This document shows positions 57,594-64,000 of a stretch of 64,000 bases of DNA, piece after piece. Within the stretch, counting starts at the first letter, position 1; each line of letters begins with the position of its first letter. Origin of the DNA: Promethearchaeota archaeon (GTDB taxonomy: Archaea > Asgardarchaeota > Thorarchaeia > Thorarchaeales > Thorarchaeaceae). A model generated the notes under the pieces. The model did not search any database. It saw only the letters and a list, made by a program, of their open reading frames with translations, and was not told the origin of the DNA. Position numbers and translations under genes: made by a program. The stretch lies in contig JBHLPF010000004.1 in NCBI GenBank assembly GCA_048939765.1, forward strand, positions 12,784-76,783. The letters run 5' to 3'.

Positions 57594-58826
57594 CTACAAT
57601 CCACTAAGGGCAATCGACTTCAGATACCCTTTCCCTATTCGCATCACCATGGGCAAGAAGTCTGAGAGAAGTGTCATTATGTCAGAGACCCCAGCATGCC
57701 CCTGAATCAATGCGTTGAGTGTCTTCGCATCAAGCTGCGACAGCACTACCTCTGCGGCATCTAGTGGATCGTTGTGCATCGCGAATTTGCTCACTGCCCA
57801 CATGCCCCTTCCTGTGTTCTGGATGTTCCGGGCCAGCTTTGATTTTCTGTACTCCTTCTCATACTGGTGAATACTCTTCCTCGAGAAGTCGCTCTCGTCG
57901 ACCGCTCTCTTGGCATGCTTCGCAAGGAGTGTGCCTGCATGGAAGCAGGTTGTGACCCCGCCTCCAACGATGCTAGAGACCTGTCCTGCTGAGTTTCCGC
58001 AGAGAGCGACTCCTGCATCAGTGAATCTAGGGATAATGCCTGCGCATGGAACGACTCCCCCATTCTGCACAGCTATCTTGGAGTCCCGTAACTCAGGAAT
58101 GTGCTTTCGGTACTTCTTCAAGACATCCAACAACGAAGGTAGCTTTTCCCAGTTCTCCTTTGAGGACGGTACTCTACCAATTCCTAGATTGACCTCGGTC
58201 TCACTCCTTGGGTACAACCATAAATAACCAAGTCCGACGTCTCGAGCTACGAAGAAGTATGCGGTCTCAGGGTCAACACCTTTGCAGCCTTCCAGCTTCC
58301 ATCGGATTCCATATGAGAGGAGCCACTTGGGATGAGTGAATCCTGCCGTTTCAGAGACCCTGCTGAACGAACCATCAGCACCTACAGTGAGTCCAGCCCG
58401 TTCCTCCAATTCCTCATTATACTTCACCCCGACAACCTGATTTCCCTCTTTTACAACCGACTTCACACGAGCATTATATCTGAACTCCGCGCCATCAGCC
58501 TCAGCTCGTTCTCGCATGAGGTCCTGACATTTGTCTTCATCGAGAAGATAGGAGTTGCCGAGGAGTCCCTTCCCTACAACAATCTTGCCCCCAGTGTCTA
58601 GGCTCTCGCCGATGATCTGAGTATACTTGTTACCAACATATTCAGAGTCGGGCTTTACTCTAAGGAGCTTCAGTGCGTTGTCGGTCACTAATTCTCCCAT
58701 GAGAGAGGCTGTGACTTTCTTCCGTTTCTCAAGAGCCAGAGTTTTGAGACCCTTGGCTGCAGCTCGATCTGCGGTAATGAGTCCAGCTGGGCCGGTTCCA
58801 GCGATAATCAAATCATATGTCATCAT
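57594..58826 (-). CDS. Geranylgeranyl reductase family FAD oxidoreductase
   Basis: GTGPAG, GADG, GYLWLYP, NLGIG, GNSAGQV...GGG. Confidence 0.85.
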   Translation of the reverse strand: MMTYDLIIAGTGPAGLITADRAAAKGLKTLALEKRKKVTASLMGELVTDNALKLLRVKPDSEYVGNKYTQIIGESLDTGGKIVVGKGLLGNSYLLDEDKCQDLMRERAEADGAEFRYNARVKSVVKEGNQVVGVKYNEELEERAGLTVGADGSFSRVSETAGFTHPKWLLSYGIRWKLEGCKGVDPETAYFFVARDVGLGYLWLYPRSETEVNLGIGRVPSSKENWEKLPSLLDVLKKYRKHIPELRDSKIAVQNGGVVPCAGIIPRFTDAGVALCGNSAGQVSSIVGGGVTTCFHAGTLLAKHAKRAVDESDFSRKSIHQYEKEYRKSKLARNIQNTGRGMWAVSKFAMHNDPLDAAEVVLSQLDAKTLNALIQGHAGVSDIMTLLSDFLPMVMRIGKGYLKSIALSGL

Positions 58827-58969
58827 TTTGGTGCTCCGAAGCGCTACCCGTGACCCCTTTGTATCATCTATATCTCTTTCTGAGGGGTAGCTTCACAATT
58901 CGCGGGCATCATTTATGCCCTATTGGCAACTGCAGCTACGGGAAAGCTTCAAAAAAGAATACTTTCCAG

Positions 58970-59809
58970 ATGGAGAGAATATATCCAACGGAGCGAGCAA
59001 AACTGAAGCCAAAATACATCGCCTACGCAGTATATCTGACTTTGACCATTCTCTTTAGTCTCATCGGTGCCGCGGTCCCCATGGTATTCCTATTCTTCTT
59101 CGCATTTCAGAATCTTGATCCCCTGCTCACTAGCTTTGGGGGATTGTTTGCAGACATTAAGGAATTCTTCCTAAGTATCTTCACAGGAATTCTTCCACAA
59201 GTTTCCCTTGATAATTTCTGGTTCTTTGTGCTGATTATCCCTGTAGGTCTATTTTGCTACGGAGTATTCTTGGCAGCTTTGTATGGTTTGTTCGTTCTCT
59301 TTCGCCGGGCAATTCCTCAGCTACATGAAGGATTCTATTACAAAGTCAACGGTGAATGGCTTCTATACGAATTCTACCAGTCTTACTACACTCTATACTC
59401 GCATTTCACCTGGTTTCTTTCTGCCTTCCTAAATGCCCGATTGTTGTACATGCTATTCGGAGCCAGGATTGGAAGGGGTACGATCATTGGAGGAGGCAAG
59501 GTTCTCACACCTGACAGACTGGATGTCGGGGAGAACTGCATAATTGGGTATGGGTCTTTGCTTTGTCCACACATGTACGATGGCGACAGATTATATATCA
59601 AGACCATTAAAATCGGTGATAATGTGACAGTGGGAGGTCACGCAATGGTCTTTGCTGGAGTGGAGATAGGGGACAATTCGATCATAGCAGCCAACACTGT
59701 GGTGGGGAAGGACCGCGTGATTCCACCTAATTCAGTTTGGATGAACGGAACTGCTGTACCCAGGAAGGACATGTCTGCCGAAGAAATTCTGATTGCTGGA
59801 GGCCAATAA
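58970..59809 (+). CDS. Membrane-anchored hexapeptide-repeat (LbH) acyltransferase-like protein
   Basis: N-terminal TMs, FGARIGRGT, HMYDG, IKIGDNVTVG; ATG 58970 preferred. Confidence 0.82.
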   Translation: MERIYPTERAKLKPKYIAYAVYLTLTILFSLIGAAVPMVFLFFFAFQNLDPLLTSFGGLFADIKEFFLSIFTGILPQVSLDNFWFFVLIIPVGLFCYGVFLAALYGLFVLFRRAIPQLHEGFYYKVNGEWLLYEFYQSYYTLYSHFTWFLSAFLNARLLYMLFGARIGRGTIIGGGKVLTPDRLDVGENCIIGYGSLLCPHMYDGDRLYIKTIKIGDNVTVGGHAMVFAGVEIGDNSIIAANTVVGKDRVIPPNSVWMNGTAVPRKDMSAEEILIAGGQ

Positions 59810-59956
59810 GGCCTCTCCTAGGAATATCTAGAGTCTGGCGAAATCCCCATAGTCTGCATTGAATCATTAAGAATTGCAAATTAGCAACCATATTGCTATC
59901 CTTAAAATAGGAGAGCATATCTCTGACGCCAGTGTCAATATCAGGAAGACGGAGTA

Positions 59957-60895
59957 ATGAAGCTTAGAACCATCGCATATGGCATCTACATGGCCCTCTC
60001 CCTCTTAGTCAGCATCACGGTGGCGATTGTTCCGTCAATCGCTGCTGTATTGGTTGCATACGAGCATCTAGACCCGATAATTACCTCCTTTGGCGGAATC
60101 TTTACGGCCTATGAGCAGTGGGTCCTTGATGTCTTTGGATGGTTTCTCCCTCAGATTGTCTTCGACAAGTTCTGGTTCATATTGCTATTTCCCACTCTGA
60201 TCTTCATGTGCTATGGCCTCTTCTTGGCAATCCTCGCTGTCATGTTTCGCCTATCTCAGATGGTCATTCCCAAGCTAGAGGATGGTTTCTATGCGTTAGA
60301 AACCGACGCTTGGCTGCTCTACGAATATCGCGAGGTCTACTATCTTCTCTTCCCGTATTTTGCATGGTTCTTCTCAGTGTTCTTTGACGTGAAAGGCAGA
60401 CACATCTGGTTTGGAGCCAAGCTGGGCCGTGGGACAATTGTTGGCAATGGGCGCTTAATGACTCCCGATCGTATCATTGTCGGTAACAACAGCCTTGTTG
60501 GATTTGGCTCCATACTCACAGGTCATATGTATGAAGGCGAGGGAATCTACCTCAATACTGTGAAGATTGGCAATAATGTGACAATTGGAGGCTATGCCAT
60601 CGTCTTTCCAGGAGCAGAGATTGGGGATAATGTCATCATCGCAGCAAACTCTGTGGTGCCAAAGGATAGGAAAATCCCTTCAAACACCATATGGATCCGT
60701 GGAAAGGCAGTTCCACGGAAGGTAAGAGAAGAGGATATCAAGGATGAACCCGTATTGGGCGGTCCCGTTTCGCTACACAAGGAAGAGCTGGTCGAAAAGG
60801 TGAATGATGTCAAGAACTCAGAGAGAAAGCAGGAGCATTCGCGCAAACGCGGGAATGGTACAGAGCAAGGGCATGAGCATGAGAATGAAGAGTAG
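59957..60895 (+). CDS. Membrane-anchored hexapeptide-repeat acyltransferase-like protein (paralog of the upstream gene)
   Basis: Shared LDPxxTSFGG, WLLYE, TPDR and HMY motifs; charged C-terminal tail. Confidence 0.85.
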   Translation: MKLRTIAYGIYMALSLLVSITVAIVPSIAAVLVAYEHLDPIITSFGGIFTAYEQWVLDVFGWFLPQIVFDKFWFILLFPTLIFMCYGLFLAILAVMFRLSQMVIPKLEDGFYALETDAWLLYEYREVYYLLFPYFAWFFSVFFDVKGRHIWFGAKLGRGTIVGNGRLMTPDRIIVGNNSLVGFGSILTGHMYEGEGIYLNTVKIGNNVTIGGYAIVFPGAEIGDNVIIAANSVVPKDRKIPSNTIWIRGKAVPRKVREEDIKDEPVLGGPVSLHKEELVEKVNDVKNSERKQEHSRKRGNGTEQGHEHENEE

Positions 60896-60957
60896 CATCT
60901 CATGACTTGGTGTGAGGACTTATCACCGAACAACTCAGTACTGTGAGAGATACAACA

Positions 60958-61350
60958 ATGAGGTTGCTCATGTTTCATGTGGAGCATTTCTGGTTCAGAC
61001 CTAATGAAACCGCAGCGGAAGCATCGGATGATTACAGAGATGCACTCCTCGTCTGGATACAGTCTGAGGAAAAGGATGAAGCCGACAGGACAGCAGTCTT
61101 GCGGAAGATGGTGAAGAACATCCGATGGTTAGCACAAAAGGTTGGAACCCAAAAGGTCATTCTCCACTCTTTTGCACATCTTGGAGTGAGCAAGGCCAGA
61201 CCAGAATTCGCAGATGCACTCATTGATGAGGCTGCTTCTCGTCTAAGAGATCGAGAATATGTGGTTGACATCGTTCCCTTCGGTGCCTTTCATGAGTTCA
61301 ATATGCATGTGAAGGGGCCATCCTTAGCAAAAGTCTTCAGGAGCTTCTAG
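60958..61350 (+). CDS. Stand-alone archaeal ThrRS editing-domain protein
   Basis: MRLLMFH, LHSFAHL, PFG, KGPSLAKVFR. Confidence 0.85.
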   Translation: MRLLMFHVEHFWFRPNETAAEASDDYRDALLVWIQSEEKDEADRTAVLRKMVKNIRWLAQKVGTQKVILHSFAHLGVSKARPEFADALIDEAASRLRDREYVVDIVPFGAFHEFNMHVKGPSLAKVFRSF

Positions 61351-61604
61351 GACTTCTCCTGGACAAACGAGAGTAGGTCCGGATGCATCCTGACTTCACA
61401 GTCCGAGATATTTGGGATGAATCCTGGGAATGGGATCTTTCTCTTATAGTACCATGAACCAACACCCTCGCATCGAGAATGCTTGGCATCGTAATGCCTG
61501 CAGTCCATGCAAGGCATTGTGCTATCAGGCGGATTCTCCACCACAACCTCCACAAATTCTCCCTTGAATCTGTCCCAAGTACGAAGGACTCGAGTTGTTC
61601 TCAT
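61347..61604 (-). CDS. Small Cys-containing hypothetical protein
   Basis: CMDCRHY...RC...DC, a possible metal site. Confidence 0.6.
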   Translation of the reverse strand: MRTTRVLRTWDRFKGEFVEVVVENPPDSTMPCMDCRHYDAKHSRCEGVGSWYYKRKIPFPGFIPNISDCEVRMHPDLLSFVQEKS

Positions 61605-61703
61605 ACTACTCTGTACTTGTCAAACGTTATAAGACACCCAAAAAAGTGGTATCGCGCATAATTGAGATGAGTACTTAACCACTGAAACGGACGAGCAAGT
61701 AAG

Positions 61704-63131
61704 ATGCAAGAGAGGCCAAAATACACCCCCAGAGGCTACCAGACGTACATCCTTGACAAAATCAGTGAGCTCAGGGAATCCAATCTTCTCCTCGAGCTTG
61801 ATTGTGGGCTAGGGAAACGTTTCGTTACACACCAGCTTGTAGCAAAGCGATTCCCGGACCTCAAGTTCATCATTGTTGTGCATTCATCCTCTTCACTTGC
61901 CGAAACCATGGACTATCTGCGAGGAGAGTATGGCGGACTTGATGAGGGTCTTGGTGAACTCTCCTCTCGCGTACCTTCTCCGAAACGACCCTACGTCCTC
62001 AAAGAGAAGCGTATTGTCGTAGCAACCCCTCAGGTCTTGGCAGGAATGGCGAAGAAGGATTTGAGCCTGTTTGAAACCTTTGATGCAATACTGATTAATG
62101 AGGTTGACACACTCATCAGAAGATCAGGGGGACGGACTGCCTTAGTTTTCCCATGGCCCTCGATACTCTCACTACTAGGTGACAAGTGGCTCATTGGCAT
62201 GAGTGGAACTCTTCGCGATGATCATGCAGTCTTCAACAAAGAACAGCTTGAGATACGTGATGAACTGAACACATTGAAGGAACATATTCCCGAGGCTGAA
62301 TTAATATCGATGGAGGACCTGTATGGTACTGATGTTGAGAGTTACCTTGAACCAACATTCCTCAAAGTCGACACCGTCACGGATGCCAAAATCAGGTCAA
62401 TCTCTTCTGTATTGGATGAACTCATTCGAAACACAAGGGCTGAGATAATGGCAGAACTTGCTGAAGGGGATCACTTGGACCTGGTAGAGGGAGACGCTAG
62501 ACGAGTGCATATGCTCCTTGAAAGACTGCCAATCACAGAGGAGTTGAAGGGGCAGTACTCGACGCTCCTGATGCTGCGCAAATATGTCTATGCAATGTCT
62601 CCCAGGCAGTTTCTCAGAATGTTTCACTCTGACTTTATCAAGCAGTACTTCAATGTGAGTCAGCTTCGCAGAAATCTTCCATCCGTGCCAGCCAAAGTCA
62701 CTAGAGTGCTTCAGATCGCTCTGAACTACAGAAAGACGCTTGTCCTCACTTCCTATCTCGAGATGGTCTCTCAAATTCAAAAGGTACTTGAAAAGGCCAG
62801 GCTCAATGTTCTTGTAATCACGGGACAGACCCGCGACAAGGGTGAGGTCCTACGCGAATTCAGGGAGAATCCTGACATGCATGCCCTAGTTATGTCTCCA
62901 GTCGGTGAGCGAGACCTGGATATTCCCCAGGCTGAGGTCATGATAATCTGCGATACAATAAACACCTCAAAGACCATGTATCAGAAGATGAAGAGGACAA
63001 GGGGGGGTCTCGTGGTACTTCTTGCTTACAGCGGAACGTCTGAAGAACGAAAGGTCCGGCGACTAATGCAAAGGGTCCTCGAGAGATATCCATGGTCCAC
63101 TGCCGTTGTGGAACACGAGTCCAAGTTATGA
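61704..63131 (+). CDS. Hef/FANCM-like SF2 helicase core with degenerate motifs
   Basis: PRGYQ, LDCGLGKR, VATPQ, INEVD, GMSGT, GERDLDIP, YQKMKRTRG. Confidence 0.78.
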   Translation: MQERPKYTPRGYQTYILDKISELRESNLLLELDCGLGKRFVTHQLVAKRFPDLKFIIVVHSSSSLAETMDYLRGEYGGLDEGLGELSSRVPSPKRPYVLKEKRIVVATPQVLAGMAKKDLSLFETFDAILINEVDTLIRRSGGRTALVFPWPSILSLLGDKWLIGMSGTLRDDHAVFNKEQLEIRDELNTLKEHIPEAELISMEDLYGTDVESYLEPTFLKVDTVTDAKIRSISSVLDELIRNTRAEIMAELAEGDHLDLVEGDARRVHMLLERLPITEELKGQYSTLLMLRKYVYAMSPRQFLRMFHSDFIKQYFNVSQLRRNLPSVPAKVTRVLQIALNYRKTLVLTSYLEMVSQIQKVLEKARLNVLVITGQTRDKGEVLREFRENPDMHALVMSPVGERDLDIPQAEVMIICDTINTSKTMYQKMKRTRGGLVVLLAYSGTSEERKVRRLMQRVLERYPWSTAVVEHESKL

Positions 63132-63136
63132 TGCAA

Positions 63137-64000
63137 CTATTTGCCTGCAAAAGTCTCTGTGAGGAGGTTCAACAGTGTTTCTTGGTAGATGGGATCCACC
63201 TTTGATTGAACATAACGACACATCTCAATGAAGCGGTTAGTTCTCGCATCCGCGTCCTCGCCTGTGCCAATAATCCGCTTAGTACCCTTGCTGATTTCTC
63301 TGACCACGGACTTTGCTTTCTTATACTCTCCCAGAATCTTCGCTGACTCTTGTTCGACCCTCTGAACCTGACTTTTGACACGGATATCAGCTAAATCATC
63401 ACTTCCAAGAGCTTTGACCGTGTCCATTATGACATCAAGAATCCCATTATGCAATCCCGCAATCAAGGCCTCAACTTCATAGGCTGTGAACTTCACTGTC
63501 GTTGATTCGTCCCTAAGCTGCCACTTGAGGTCGCTGCTTCTGTTGACTGTAAGTTCTCTGTCGCCAATGACTATCTTCTCGTCGTAGAATCTGCTGTCTA
63601 GACTTCCCTGCACAGCTGTCTTCATGAGAGCAGCGTCTGCCAGCTTCAGGCTAATTGTCTGCCCTCCATTCATGACTGAAATACAGTAGCCTTGTTTTGG
63701 TGTTGTCTTCTTGACATAGTCTGATGCAGGAGCAACTTCCACAGGGGGCAAATGTTTCAGCTTCTCAGCTAGCTCCCTGATCTCAGCTTCTGTGCAAACG
63801 TAGGTCTGTCTGTCTCCTGAAACAGATATTGTACCGTCTTCTGCACGCTCGAAGTCTATCTTGTTTCCTCCCCCAACATCAGTAGTCTTATGATAGGTCT
63901 GCTTATAGCTTCTGGCTGTCTGAGCGAGCTTTTCTAGCGCGGCTGCAATCATGTGGGCCTCTCCATATCCAAGAGTAATCTCAGCAGCACCATCAGTGCC
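63137..64000 (-). CDS. Hypothetical protein with internal beta-beta-alpha repeats, probably 5'-partial
   Basis: Frame stays open from 63952 to the window edge (GTDGAAEITLGYGEAH-MIAA...). Confidence 0.7.
   Translation of the reverse strand, partial: GTDGAAEITLGYGEAHMIAAALEKLAQTARSYKQTYHKTTDVGGGNKIDFERAEDGTISVSGDRQTYVCTEAEIRELAEKLKHLPPVEVAPASDYVKKTTPKQGYCISVMNGGQTISLKLADAALMKTAVQGSLDSRFYDEKIVIGDRELTVNRSSDLKWQLRDESTTVKFTAYEVEALIAGLHNGILDVIMDTVKALGSDDLADIRVKSQVQRVEQESAKILGEYKKAKSVVREISKGTKRIIGTGEDADARTNRFIEMCRYVQSKVDPIYQETLLNLLTETFAGK

Noticed and set aside
58817-58969. Long N-terminus of the first LbH gene
   Set aside because: Overlaps the divergent GGR start and is absent from the paralog

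Overview
Gene-dense archaeal chromosomal segment, about 50% GC by eye. It is very probably from an Asgard archaeon (Thorarchaeia-like), judged from Rab-like GTPases, a longin-like protein, a gelsolin-like protein and a Vps62-like protein alongside archaeal POR, IOR, GGR, TrmB, Alba and ThrRS-editing genes. I saw no rRNA, tRNA, CRISPR array or transposase. Four loci stand out. (1) 1-14005 (-): a tightly coupled operon of an ABC-2 permease, an ABC ATPase with TrmB-like sugar-binding modules, a membrane-anchored subtilase-GIFT protein whose catalytic Ser position is Thr, a second ABC ATPase, and a >1916-aa secreted FG-GAP-propeller/TSP3-like Ca-repeat protein that the ORF track missed. (2) 28850-32516: a gelsolin-like gene divergent from an operon of Zn-finger, longin, 7+1+7-TM membrane protein and Rab-like GTPase, whose promoter carries two identical 13-bp palindromes. 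(3) 48426-50729: a cytoplasmic BBS2/FG-GAP-like propeller + Ig/GAE-like domain + Rab-like GTPase fusion. (4) 57460-57593: a candidate pseudoknotted RNA element upstream of three tandem TrmB-like genes. All calls are from motif recognition by eye; no searches were run.
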